64,000 nt of DNA from the sequence record MT161459.1; one strand, 5' to 3'. Below are positions 47,465-57,553 of the stretch, piece after piece. Made by a program: the position numbers and the translations under genes. The stretch's first letter is position 1; every line of letters begins with the position of its first letter. Under the pieces are notes generated by a model, which was not told where the DNA came from, searched no databases, and saw only the letters and a list, made by a program, of their open reading frames with translations.

Positions 47465-47545
47465 GTGGAGCGTAGCGACACTCCCCGAAGGGGGGGAGAA
47501 ATAGAATCTCCTTATACCCTTTAAAGAGACTCTATAAGTCCCCCT
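47465..47545. repeat. Structured non-coding repeat, copy 2
   Basis: Near-identical to 22317-22395. Confidence 0.9.
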
Positions 47546-47670
47546 GTCGACCTACGGTCGAGATGCTTCGCATCAAACCTTCTATAACTCGCTACTATCA
47601 ATCCTCTCGGTATCCCGATAGATCGTACCGATGCTACCAAGAAACGATTCCTACGTGGATTTAGACGCAC

Positions 47671-47696
47671 AAAAAAGCCCTCCCCGAAGGGAGGGC
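47671..47696 (-). terminator. Intrinsic terminator after gene 35
   Basis: GCCCTCCC-TTCG-GGGAGGGC-TTTTTT on the minus strand. Confidence 0.85.
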
Positions 47697-47722
47697 AAAG
47701 GTACCGGGTGAATGGTACAATC

Positions 47723-50700
47723 TTATAGTTCAACCCAAGATGGACCAACTATCACGCTGTTGGCTCCATCACCTCTCGGTATGAACACTATCTTCTTATT
47801 TGCGTTTACTTCGTCGAACCACTTTGCAACGATTTCGGATTCTGGAATACCATATCCAAACCCATCGATTGCTTGGTTAGCGTTAAACGTCCCAACGAGT
47901 TGGTCATCCACTGAATACAACTCGATGTCAATGCTATTGAATGGTCTAGCATTATTCTCGAAATTCAGGTAAGCGCTATAACCTGTTGTATTTATAGAGG
48001 TAAACTTCAACAGCTTGTAACCATCAACAGCCCACATATCCTTTAGACGACCAACTTCTTTCGGAAGAGTTCGATCCCAGCCAGTCACCTTTGGCGATTC
48101 GCTTATGGTATCAATTCTCAACTGTTTCGAGATCTTGACGTCGTTTGGAATAATGTTGGTTGTTGGCTTCACACTGCTGCGTCTAGTAAGATCGTAGCGT
48201 CGGTGGTTACACTTCTCGGTAGATGTGTCAATCAGCTCTACCAACGAGATGTCACTATTGTATCTCCACGCTCCGTCGCGAGCTCCAATCATTTTCACGT
48301 TACAAGACTGATCTTTGGTCCACAGACACGATTTGGATTTACCGTTCACAGTGACTGTTGCAGTACCATCAACCACATCAACTACTACCGTTGCCACATC
48401 GCCAACCTTTAGACCGTGAGGAATGGTTACTCCATCGATAACCTTCTTGTTAGCATCATATCCGAAGAATCTCAGATTTGTTCCGGTATAGATATCGATG
48501 TTGATCGTGCTCTGATCATACTTCGCTCCGGAGATGATGGGAGATGGCATCTCAGTCGTTACGCCCAGTCTAAAGTCCACTCTGATTCGGAAGTTGTTGG
48601 CATCCGGAGTCCAAGTCGGAACGTTGACAAACGCATTACTGCCTCGGAAGTTCGGGACCCAAGTCGTCATCCCAGTAGTTCTCATGCTTGGCTCAACGAA
48701 GTCGTTGAACTGGTAATCTCCACCAGTGACGTTAGATCCAATTCCGTCAGTTGGGACACGCGTTATTTTCAATTTGTGAACCTTGACGACTTCATCCAGC
48801 TTTGGACTGATCGTTCTGATGTAAACCCCAGGACCATCTTTGCCTGTAACCGGAACGTGTTGAAAGCTGACCGCCCCTCTAGCTCTACCAACTGGAAGTG
48901 CTTTGATGAGTGGCGCAGATCCATTTGTTACTCCAGATGCGCGAAACTCAGTGGGGCTCGAGGTCTCGATATCATATTCAATGCGATACCGATCTGCAGG
49001 GTTTAATCCAGCAGAATACACAATGCCCGATGGAGTCAACGCTGTGGTGAACTTATACGACTTGCTATTAACTCGCACTGCGGTACTGAACAATGTCCAA
49101 TCGTTGATATCAAACGCCTTGTAAACTGTATCAGTTTTAGCGCTCATGTCTCTGATAGAGTTGCTAAACGCTGGGAATCTAGATCTTGCTACGTTCTTGT
49201 AGTATCGACTATCAGTCTCGCCCGTGACGGAGAAGTCCCAAATGTATCCATCCAAGAACTCGGTGTCGTTATGACGACATCCAATGCAACTCACTCCACC
49301 TTTGTGGATATAACCGGTTATGTGATAATCGGTATTCAGCGCGACGTTCATCTGTCCAGCAACAAATGGCAATCCGTTAACGGACGCAATTGTAATATTG
49401 CCACCGCCGCCATTGATTATCTGATTGGTAACATATACGTGGCACGGAGTTGCAGCATCCTCTACGGTACGGCCATCGAACAAATAATACGCATTAGTCT
49501 TTGGATAGCTGTTGAGACGAAACTTCAAGCTAAACTCGCCTGGCCCTTTCCAAGTTGGAACGTAGACCCCAGACTTACCGTTGAAGTTGTATGTCTTTGT
49601 TCCGACATTCACCCAATCGACGTTGGTTACTTCTGCATCGATGAGAGGGTGAGCAACGTACTCCACCTTGACCTTCATTTTATTAGCATTCTGCGTTCCA
49701 TCCGGACGTATTACGATCCATCCTATATCGCCAGTCGTTGGGTTAGCGAATGCGGATCTATTTCCAGTAGTTCGTCCACCATCCTCGGGCATCGCAACCA
49801 CCTTCACTTTGTATCGAGTGCCGACAACTACTCCGATCAGCTCGTTTCCGCCAGCATCGAGAATAGTCACAAATGCTTCATCTCCTGCTTGTAATCCATA
49901 CTGAGCAGCACCAGATGTCGGACCGCAGTACAGAGCTTGGTTTGATGGCGATGGAGTGACGTTATCAGAAACGTACGTTTTACCGCTGTATCTAGATCTG
50001 CCAACAACCTTGCGATCGTCGTCTAGTTGACCAGCTAGCACGAAATTGTAGTATCGACTATTGCGGTCGTCATTCAGATCGATCAGATTGAGCTCGTGAA
50101 CTGCGCCACTAATTGGATGCATGAATGAACCGGCGCGTCCCTCAGCTCCGACTACAAAGTATGGGAATACCTTAGGTTTGTTGGTTCCTGAACCTGCTGG
50201 CTGATACTGAACGCCGTCAATGTAGAACGATGGCGTTCCGCTATTGACTACGATCTTGTACGTGTACGACTTGCCGTACTCGATTGTAGTCGGAACGTCA
50301 ACTCTTGTACTGCCATATCTCAAGAAATGAGCTTCTCCATCTGGATGCAGAATAGTTCGAATGCCGCACTCGAGCGCCATGTCTTCGGTATTGCCCGATA
50401 TTCCACCTTGGCCAGATCTCATCCAAGTGCTGCCACCATTGATGATGGCCGGATATTTGTACGACACCGTCTGACTCATTTCAAAGTCGCCAGTCGGTTG
50501 CCATAACGGAACTACGAATTGACCATCTCCGTTGAAATCTGGGAGCCATTCTTCATCCAGGCTCTCGTATGATGATGTGACAAACGTCTTTCCATTAACT
50601 GTAGCAACAGGCTTATCAGCTTCTTTCGCTACGTCTGTAATGAAACCCCATTGACCGATTGACCCCATTCCGGTCTTGCTGTATATGGCAGGCTTGCACA

Positions 50701-51634
50701 ATTTAACGGTTACGTCGCGAACCCCAATCTTACCTTTACCCTTTGTGTTGTTGGTGATCCGATACAAACTGATCTCAATGTGAGTCGTCTTGGGTGGGAT
50801 CTTAGTTTGAACAGATTTGGATCCCCATTCAAATGGAGCAAGATATGCCGATGTAATAGAATCCCCAGACACGTACGCAGCGCCATTCCAATACTGAATA
50901 ATCAACGCACTAAACTGACCGTCTTTTTTGCAGATATCGTCGTGCATTAATTCGGCAGTAATCTCGATCGTTTCTCCAATCTTTGCTTGGAAGTTGCCAA
51001 GCGGCTCGCTCTTGATAAAACTCTTGACCAAGTAGTCCGGTCCGCCAGCGGATATAAACTCATTTTCGTCCCACACGATAGTATCACCGTAACCAGTAGT
51101 TCCGATATCCGCAAATGTGTCATACACTACACTAAGCTGTGCTGGAGGTGTAGTCTTGCCGTGGCCCATATATTGTTCAGACATCAACTTCATGAGTTTG
51201 CAGTCCAATATACCAACCATCGATGTTCTGTTGGTCCCCTTCTCTGGATTCCAATAATATTTCCAGCCCACAGATCCCCACGATTCAAATAACGCATTAA
51301 GCGTATCATTTGTAACGTTTTCTGTGTGACTCATGAATAGTACAATCCCTGATGTTTTGCCGCCAATCCAAGTAGAGAACATTGCAGTATCTGCAGCTTC
51401 TGCAAAGTTGAACACAGCGGGAGTCAACTCGTTAGTCTCGCTGATGTGAATGCAATTGAGTCCCTTGAGGTTGGACGGACTAAGGCTTATCCCATTGAGG
51501 GTGGCAACGCAGGATCCCCCCGCGTTGCCTTGTTGACCTTTGATGTAAATTTCATTTTGGCCGGAGAACGTTTCCGACAGATCTCTCGTCTGTACTCCGT
51601 TCTCCGTAATACGAGCAATTACTAACTCAGCCAT
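47723..51634 (-). CDS. 35: Long tail fibre hinge gp35 with large C-terminal extension
   Basis: First ~345 aa resemble gp35 (VYDTFADIGTTGY...EFISAGG); synteny after 34; 1303 aa. Confidence 0.8.
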   Translation of the reverse strand: MAELVIARITENGVQTRDLSETFSGQNEIYIKGQQGNAGGSCVATLNGISLSPSNLKGLNCIHISETNELTPAVFNFAEAADTAMFSTWIGGKTSGIVLFMSHTENVTNDTLNALFESWGSVGWKYYWNPEKGTNRTSMVGILDCKLMKLMSEQYMGHGKTTPPAQLSVVYDTFADIGTTGYGDTIVWDENEFISAGGPDYLVKSFIKSEPLGNFQAKIGETIEITAELMHDDICKKDGQFSALIIQYWNGAAYVSGDSITSAYLAPFEWGSKSVQTKIPPKTTHIEISLYRITNNTKGKGKIGVRDVTVKLCKPAIYSKTGMGSIGQWGFITDVAKEADKPVATVNGKTFVTSSYESLDEEWLPDFNGDGQFVVPLWQPTGDFEMSQTVSYKYPAIINGGSTWMRSGQGGISGNTEDMALECGIRTILHPDGEAHFLRYGSTRVDVPTTIEYGKSYTYKIVVNSGTPSFYIDGVQYQPAGSGTNKPKVFPYFVVGAEGRAGSFMHPISGAVHELNLIDLNDDRNSRYYNFVLAGQLDDDRKVVGRSRYSGKTYVSDNVTPSPSNQALYCGPTSGAAQYGLQAGDEAFVTILDAGGNELIGVVVGTRYKVKVVAMPEDGGRTTGNRSAFANPTTGDIGWIVIRPDGTQNANKMKVKVEYVAHPLIDAEVTNVDWVNVGTKTYNFNGKSGVYVPTWKGPGEFSLKFRLNSYPKTNAYYLFDGRTVEDAATPCHVYVTNQIINGGGGNITIASVNGLPFVAGQMNVALNTDYHITGYIHKGGVSCIGCRHNDTEFLDGYIWDFSVTGETDSRYYKNVARSRFPAFSNSIRDMSAKTDTVYKAFDINDWTLFSTAVRVNSKSYKFTTALTPSGIVYSAGLNPADRYRIEYDIETSSPTEFRASGVTNGSAPLIKALPVGRARGAVSFQHVPVTGKDGPGVYIRTISPKLDEVVKVHKLKITRVPTDGIGSNVTGGDYQFNDFVEPSMRTTGMTTWVPNFRGSNAFVNVPTWTPDANNFRIRVDFRLGVTTEMPSPIISGAKYDQSTINIDIYTGTNLRFFGYDANKKVIDGVTIPHGLKVGDVATVVVDVVDGTATVTVNGKSKSCLWTKDQSCNVKMIGARDGAWRYNSDISLVELIDTSTEKCNHRRYDLTRRSSVKPTTNIIPNDVKISKQLRIDTISESPKVTGWDRTLPKEVGRLKDMWAVDGYKLLKFTSINTTGYSAYLNFENNARPFNSIDIELYSVDDQLVGTFNANQAIDGFGYGIPESEIVAKWFDEVNANKKIVFIPRGDGANSVIVGPSWVEL

Positions 51635-51649
51635 CTGGCCCCCTTGATC

Positions 51650-54600
51650 TTATGTAATCCAAACAAACTCGATCGATCTGGTCGTAGCATTTGGACGAAG
51701 TTCCAAGAACTCTCCATTGCCTACTGCGATGCGAACGGTTTTAACGGTAAGAATTTCTTTGATGTCTACACTGCCTTCCGCAACCAGAGCTTGTCCAGCC
51801 TTGATGGTCAGGGTTCCAGTCATCGTGTCTCCTTTCTTATTTACACGCATACTGGCACTAGAGGTGACATCATCGATTGCATTATCGACGTAATCCTTAC
51901 GAGTCAAGTCGTTGGCAGCAACAGGAGCGCTCTGAGCAGTACGAACCTGACCGGATGCAGTGAAGATACCATTCGTGTCCAGAATTGCGTGGTTGGTTGC
52001 ATCGGCACGACCTTTCGGACGCAGATACAAAGTTCCAGTAGATCCCAGTGACGTCATGCCGTTTGCATCGACAGAGATACCAGCGTTACCAGCACCAATG
52101 TTCACATCGTACGCAATGTTGTTGCCAGCACTCAGCACAATGTTGTTCTGGAACGTCTTGATCCCAGTGATCGTCTCAGCTAGTGCACCAGTCTTGCGTA
52201 GATATCGACCTTCGGTGTAGTTGAAGCGAGTCAAGTGGTTAGCAGAGTTTGGATCTTGACCGCCGTTTGCTACTTGGTTAGTAGTAACCAATGTACCGTC
52301 ACGTCCGAACGTTGCAGTCGGAGTGTGAGTTGCTCCAGCCAGAGTTCCAACTGTGTACGAACCATCAAGAACGTTGACGCCAGTCTGCCATCCAGTATCT
52401 TTTGCAGTTGCAGTGTATTGGATTGCTGTATTGTGTCCAGTAGCTGCATCGTTCAGAATCAATCTGCAAGTATTCTTGGAGATGGTCAGATTCTGGGTCA
52501 GGGTCAGTGCACCGGTAACTGTTTGATCTACAGTACGACGAACCCAATCGTCTGCCTTGACACGAGTGCCATCAGCCGTATCCATATTACGCGTTGACTC
52601 GGCAACTGCCTTGATCGGAAGATAATGACTCAGTGCAGTATTCAGACCGCGAGGACTGACTACGATGTCGAAGTGGCCGTAACTTGCGAGAGCTCGAGTA
52701 CTACCAGCAACGTCGTCACCCTGCCATACAGATTGAACGTTCGCGTCGTTACCAAGAGTAGACATTTTAGATCCACCGTAACGGGACTCAGTCATCCGAT
52801 GGTTACCACTGTCGCGAATAGCAGTCAACAGTTTCTTGGGTGTTAATGCTTTAGCATCGTCAGTGCCATCGTTTACTTCAACTTGGGTAGCGATCTCGAT
52901 CAAGCCTGTCAGAGTCTCTGTTGCTTGTCTTGCGTTCAGTTTCTTTGGCGTTACTACAGCGTCATCGACCGGAGTAACCATCGCGTTGGTTTCAGCTTGG
53001 GTCGCTACGCGCAGAGTACCACGTTGCGCTTCGGTAGACAGTTGGATGTTGAAGCTCTGTCCAGCCCAGATGTTCCCAGCTGTAGTCAGACCGCTTGCTG
53101 GATCTACAGTCAAACGTTCTCTGATCAACCAGTTGCCAAACGTTTTTGGAGTCACGAAGTACTTGTCGTGCAATGCGCCACCGTCTACTTCAGCTTGGGT
53201 TGCAGTCTCAGCAAATCCCCAACATACTTCAGTTGCAGTTCGCTTGACCAACGCATCGGGCGTAGCGTGAACGTTATCTCCAGCTGGTGGAGTGTTTGAC
53301 AGCATTTCTGCATCCGTCACCGCTCTGGACAATCCAGTCAACGTCTGGGTTGCTTGTCTTGCATTCAAACGACTTGCGTTGACAAACAGTGGACCGTTCG
53401 CGTGATCTGCAGTTCCAGCATTGACTTCTGCCTGAGTAGCAACGAATCCCATACCCTGAGATGTATCAGTCGCCACCTTCTCGAACAGAGTCTTTGGAGT
53501 TACATAACGGTAATGCTCGGCGAAGTTGTGAACCCCAGCGCCAGCCGTTCCGCGTTCTGCCTGCTTAGCTCCTGCCGCGATCACTTGGTACGTGATACCG
53601 GTTTGAGTTTCGGTTGACTTCCGACCATCAAGAACTGCTGGAGTGATAGCAGTCTGAGACCACATTTCGCCAGATCCGGACATCGCATTGGCTTGTGCCT
53701 GAGTCGCTACAGTGAGAACGCCGCGCATTGTATCCGTTGCTAGTCTGTTGTTCAGACGCTCAGGAGTAATGATGACTCCATTCCAACCTTCGGTAGTTCC
53801 TGCGGTCGCTTTGGATTCGGCATCAGTAGCGAGACGAGCAATACCACGCATCGTCGTATTCGCGATCTTACTTGCCAGAGTTTCTGGAGTTACAAACGCT
53901 TCGCAATCGCGAGTCTGTCCTGCAGTGATTTGTTCCTTGTTCTTGTTGACTTCTGCCTGATCTGCAATTGCAGCCATACCAACGAACTTGGTATCAGAAC
54001 GATCAACGCGGAACGGCAACGGAATGTTGGTCACGAGCGTCCAAACGTCCAGCCCTGTGTTGTTAGCATTACGCCAGTACGCAAACTCCCACTGGGATGC
54101 GCGGTTATCGATGATAACTGTTTCTTTCTTGGTAGCGTATGCACGAAGGTTCTTGACAATATCTCTATACTTCGATACACGAGGGGAAATTAGGACTTCG
54201 TCGTCTGGGACGATATAGTCATTGGTCTGGGCTGGATCAACCTGCAAGATGATCGTACTGCCTTGGATCATGTAGCTCGTGTCGATATAAAAACTGTCAC
54301 CGTTTGCTGCCTCTGGTGGAAGCGTGATCGTGATCGGAGTCTTGGTATCCAGAGTACAGACTGCTAACTTCTCTCCAAGTACTGCGGTGTAGCTTGATTG
54401 CACCATCTTCCAACGACCTTGCTTGTCGCCATCAAAGATGCGCCATTGGTTGACTCGGCTATCAAAAATCAACATACCCCATCCAGAACTATCTGAACGA
54501 ATGGAATCGACTGGAGTCTCGCCTGGCCCCCACACAATCTTGTGGTTGCTGCCTGGATAGATGAAGACCTCAGTTTTAGTCAGAGGGTTCATGCCATCTA

Positions 54601-55351
54601 GGTCATACATGGAGATTGTGTCACCGTGGTTTGCGTAACGCGGCAAACGAATACGGAGTCCACCGCCGTACTGGGTTTCTCTCAGGATGTGCTCACCTAC
54701 GTGCGAACGATAGAAGTTCTCACCCAGGATGTAGTTGTTTGCACTCAACAGGATCTTGTTGGAGTCGCCTTGGTCCCAAATCTGAGCAGACCATTCAACG
54801 CCGTTGTAAATCAGAACGACTGTGCATCCAGGACGCGTCAATCTAAATGTTGGAACCCCGTTGATGTTTTTGCCGTTACCGTTGATGATAAATTCGAATT
54901 CGTGAAGGGCAAATCCGTTGTCTTTGATAACGATAGTGTCCCCAACCAACGGAACGTTGTCTACCTTGCTGAAAGGCAGGGTATAGACGGCGTTGTCTGC
55001 TTTAATCTGGCTGATGATGTAGTCACCTTGGCTCAGGTTCCCTTGAAGGGCAGCAGTCGAAGTAATAACCTTCCATTCTGGGTCAACACGAGTACCTCTC
55101 CATTTCTGAGGTTGGAAAGCCTCCGGAGCAGTAATTTCTACTTGACTTACATAGATACGGTCGTTGTATAGTACAGCGAATCCAACAGGATACTTCCGTT
55201 TCGGATCGTATTTCTGGATAGTGTTCTCGTAGACAAAGAAGTCAACGTTAACACCGTCACCTCCGGACAATCTGTCTGGGTATCCGAAGTTTATTGCTTT
55301 CTGACCAGCAGAGTCCAGACCTCTGGTGGCACGTAATGGTTGTCCGAGCAT
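51650..55351 (-). CDS. 34: Long tail fibre proximal subunit gp34
   Basis: RATRGLDSAGQKAIN, repeated ATE...G...ATQAE....VTPKKL gp34 repeats. Confidence 0.96.
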   Translation of the reverse strand: MLGQPLRATRGLDSAGQKAINFGYPDRLSGGDGVNVDFFVYENTIQKYDPKRKYPVGFAVLYNDRIYVSQVEITAPEAFQPQKWRGTRVDPEWKVITSTAALQGNLSQGDYIISQIKADNAVYTLPFSKVDNVPLVGDTIVIKDNGFALHEFEFIINGNGKNINGVPTFRLTRPGCTVVLIYNGVEWSAQIWDQGDSNKILLSANNYILGENFYRSHVGEHILRETQYGGGLRIRLPRYANHGDTISMYDLDGMNPLTKTEVFIYPGSNHKIVWGPGETPVDSIRSDSSGWGMLIFDSRVNQWRIFDGDKQGRWKMVQSSYTAVLGEKLAVCTLDTKTPITITLPPEAANGDSFYIDTSYMIQGSTIILQVDPAQTNDYIVPDDEVLISPRVSKYRDIVKNLRAYATKKETVIIDNRASQWEFAYWRNANNTGLDVWTLVTNIPLPFRVDRSDTKFVGMAAIADQAEVNKNKEQITAGQTRDCEAFVTPETLASKIANTTMRGIARLATDAESKATAGTTEGWNGVIITPERLNNRLATDTMRGVLTVATQAQANAMSGSGEMWSQTAITPAVLDGRKSTETQTGITYQVIAAGAKQAERGTAGAGVHNFAEHYRYVTPKTLFEKVATDTSQGMGFVATQAEVNAGTADHANGPLFVNASRLNARQATQTLTGLSRAVTDAEMLSNTPPAGDNVHATPDALVKRTATEVCWGFAETATQAEVDGGALHDKYFVTPKTFGNWLIRERLTVDPASGLTTAGNIWAGQSFNIQLSTEAQRGTLRVATQAETNAMVTPVDDAVVTPKKLNARQATETLTGLIEIATQVEVNDGTDDAKALTPKKLLTAIRDSGNHRMTESRYGGSKMSTLGNDANVQSVWQGDDVAGSTRALASYGHFDIVVSPRGLNTALSHYLPIKAVAESTRNMDTADGTRVKADDWVRRTVDQTVTGALTLTQNLTISKNTCRLILNDAATGHNTAIQYTATAKDTGWQTGVNVLDGSYTVGTLAGATHTPTATFGRDGTLVTTNQVANGGQDPNSANHLTRFNYTEGRYLRKTGALAETITGIKTFQNNIVLSAGNNIAYDVNIGAGNAGISVDANGMTSLGSTGTLYLRPKGRADATNHAILDTNGIFTASGQVRTAQSAPVAANDLTRKDYVDNAIDDVTSSASMRVNKKGDTMTGTLTIKAGQALVAEGSVDIKEILTVKTVRIAVGNGEFLELRPNATTRSIEFVWIT

Positions 55352-55383
55352 GCTAATTCCTTACAGTTACGGTTTTCTTTCTC

Positions 55384-55414
55384 TATTTAGCGATGTATGC
55401 TGCTGAGCTACGCT
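55384..55414. promoter_or_regulatory. Back-to-back promoters for 34 (late) and rnh
   Basis: Minus strand: CGCTAAATA (55384-55392); plus strand: TTTAGC-N17-TACGCT. Confidence 0.55.
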
Positions 55415-55434
55415 AACAACAAAGAGGTTACTCG

Positions 55435-56355
55435 ATGTCATTGAAATCATTCCTCGATGAAGATGATGAGCCGCAAGGCATCAACTTCGTTGACTTTAGC
55501 CAGATTGTGCTGAGCACAGTCCTACAGCTATACAAACCTGGCGATGAAATAAAGCTAGAAACGGTTCGCGAAATCGTTCTAAACTGTCTCCGATTTAACG
55601 TCCTCAAGCAGAAAGATAAGTATCCTCGGATCGTTGTCTGTGTGGATAACGGTCAGGGTGGATACTGGCGGCGTCACAAGTACTACTTCTACAAGAAGAA
55701 CCGCGATAAGCAGAAAGCCAAGACAGAAATGGATTGGGAGACTATTTACGGTCACATGAACACTGTAGCGCAAGAGTTCGCAGAGAACTTGCCATATATG
55801 GTCCTGAATCTCCCGCACACCGAGGCCGATGATATTATTGGCGTGATGTGTCGTCATATTCATGAAACTGCGCCCAATACTCCGATCCTGATAACTTCTT
55901 CTGATGGAGACTTTACTCAGGCGCAGAAGTATAAGAACGTTAAGCAGTACAGCCCGACTATGAAGAAGATGATAACTCCGAAGCATGGTCACTGGCGTAA
56001 GGATCTGTTGACTAAAGTAGTCAAAGGAGATCCGAAGGACACAGTATCCAATATCAAGATGCCTGTTGACTTCTTATACGCTAAGTTAGACGGTGAACGT
56101 CAGAAATCTATCTCCGCTAAACTGATGGTAGAAGTTTTTGAAGCTTCTGATCCTAAGTCGCTGTTTACTGGAGACGAGTTAAAGCGTTATAATGAAAACC
56201 TGGAGTTAGTCGACTTCGACTACATTCCCAAAGAGATTTCGGATGTTATCATCCACGCGTTTGACAACACTCCTGTTGCTCCGAAGCGTAAGTTGTATCC
56301 GTACTTCGTCAAGAACCGACTGGTGAAAATGATTGAAGTGTTGAACGATTTTTAA
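55435..56355 (+). CDS. rnh: RNase H (5'-3' exonuclease)
   Basis: DFSQIV, YWRR..Y.FYKKNR, EADDIIG, SSDGDFTQ, GDPKD.VSNI. Confidence 0.97.
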   Translation: MSLKSFLDEDDEPQGINFVDFSQIVLSTVLQLYKPGDEIKLETVREIVLNCLRFNVLKQKDKYPRIVVCVDNGQGGYWRRHKYYFYKKNRDKQKAKTEMDWETIYGHMNTVAQEFAENLPYMVLNLPHTEADDIIGVMCRHIHETAPNTPILITSSDGDFTQAQKYKNVKQYSPTMKKMITPKHGHWRKDLLTKVVKGDPKDTVSNIKMPVDFLYAKLDGERQKSISAKLMVEVFEASDPKSLFTGDELKRYNENLELVDFDYIPKEISDVIIHAFDNTPVAPKRKLYPYFVKNRLVKMIEVLNDF

Positions 56356-56402
56356 GAATCGTGTAAAGTAATCATCCTACTCAAACCAAAGAGAAACTGA
56401 AA

Positions 56403-56675
56403 ATGGCCAAACAACCTAAAGCTAAAGTAGAATTCAACGTCGCAGCAGATGCTAAAGCTCTGAAAGACATGATCAAAGAAGCGTCTGATATCAAGACCAT
56501 GATCGAGGGCCAAAATGACGCTCTGAAAGCTACCAAGGATCGCGCCAAGACTGAGCTGGGTCTGGAACCCAAGAAGTTCAACCAGCTGCTGAGCATGTAC
56601 CACAAGCGCACTCGTGATGAAGTCGAAGCTAACAACGAGGAAATTGTTGAACTGTATGACAAAACTTTTAACTAA
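56403..56675 (+). CDS. dsbA: Double-stranded DNA-binding protein
   Basis: MIKEASD.K..IE...K..K.RAK.ELG...K.FN.LL..YHK. Confidence 0.93.
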   Translation: MAKQPKAKVEFNVAADAKALKDMIKEASDIKTMIEGQNDALKATKDRAKTELGLEPKKFNQLLSMYHKRTRDEVEANNEEIVELYDKTFN

Positions 56676-56892
56676 GATTGAGTTCAGTCAACTGGTTGAA
56701 GAGGTCGCGCAAGCGCGTGACCTCACCTTGATTGAATCTTGCATCGCCGTTGCCGAAGAGCACGACATCGAGTACAGTGACGTTCCGCTACTGATATACC
56801 CAACGCTTCAAGACAAATTGAAAGTCGAAGCGATTGAAAACCGCACCATGCGTGTCCCCAAGCAGTTAACTTTAGCAGGTTTCTTCGATTGA
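56656..56892 (+). CDS. 33: Late transcription coactivator gp33
   Basis: IE......I....KLKVEAIE....R, C-terminal clamp-binding LAGFFD; synteny. Confidence 0.88.
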   Translation: MTKLLTKIEFSQLVEEVAQARDLTLIESCIAVAEEHDIEYSDVPLLIYPTLQDKLKVEAIENRTMRVPKQLTLAGFFD

Positions 56893-57536
56893 TAGAACTC
56901 ATACTACCGCCCAAGCCAAAGATGATGATCAACGGTGTCAGTGCATACCGTCTGTATTTGACCCTAAAGAACCACTTCGGTGGTAAGTATGACATCATCA
57001 AATACAACTGGAATCCCATCAATGCTTCCGAGCGGAGCTTTGTGCAAAACAGATCCAGAGCTATCTTCGAAAGATTAGCGAAAAAGTATAGTCTCGGCGA
57101 ACTTGCTGCGATAATGACAGTCAACTTCGCTGCTAACCCAGATGCCTGGGGAGGCGACATCGCGAATGCTGATGCTGTATCGTTTTACCGATCGGCTATT
57201 GGCAGACACGAAAGAATCAGTTCTGTCCTCTCCGAAGAGGTGGAACAGATGATCTACTTTGCTCGTAAGCGGGAGATGAAGTTTAAGGATCTCATTTATT
57301 CGACAAACGGTCAGCCTTGGATCTTCAAGTTCTTGCAGACTAATACCATTAGTTACGAGACGATGATTATTCTCGACTGTTTGTTTAATTTTGTCGATTC
57401 TTACGATAAACTGCAAGACCACGTATGGGCAAACGGATATGCAGATCGAGTTAAAGCATACCGCAAACTCTGTCGCATAAATAAGGAGCAAGCGAAAGCC
57501 TGCTTTGTACAAACTGTAAACAAAACCAAACTCTAA
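56889..57536 (+). CDS. 59: Helicase loader gp59
   Basis: INGVSAYRLYL.LKNHF.GKYDIIKYNW; synteny. Confidence 0.95.
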   Translation: MIELILPPKPKMMINGVSAYRLYLTLKNHFGGKYDIIKYNWNPINASERSFVQNRSRAIFERLAKKYSLGELAAIMTVNFAANPDAWGGDIANADAVSFYRSAIGRHERISSVLSEEVEQMIYFARKREMKFKDLIYSTNGQPWIFKFLQTNTISYETMIILDCLFNFVDSYDKLQDHVWANGYADRVKAYRKLCRINKEQAKACFVQTVNKTKL

Positions 57537-57553
57537 AACTGAAGGAAATTCAA

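Noticed and set aside
47521-47748. 75-aa minus-strand ORF in the 35-fibre spacer
   Set aside because: It crosses a terminator and the repeat, has no SD and shows no protein-like features.
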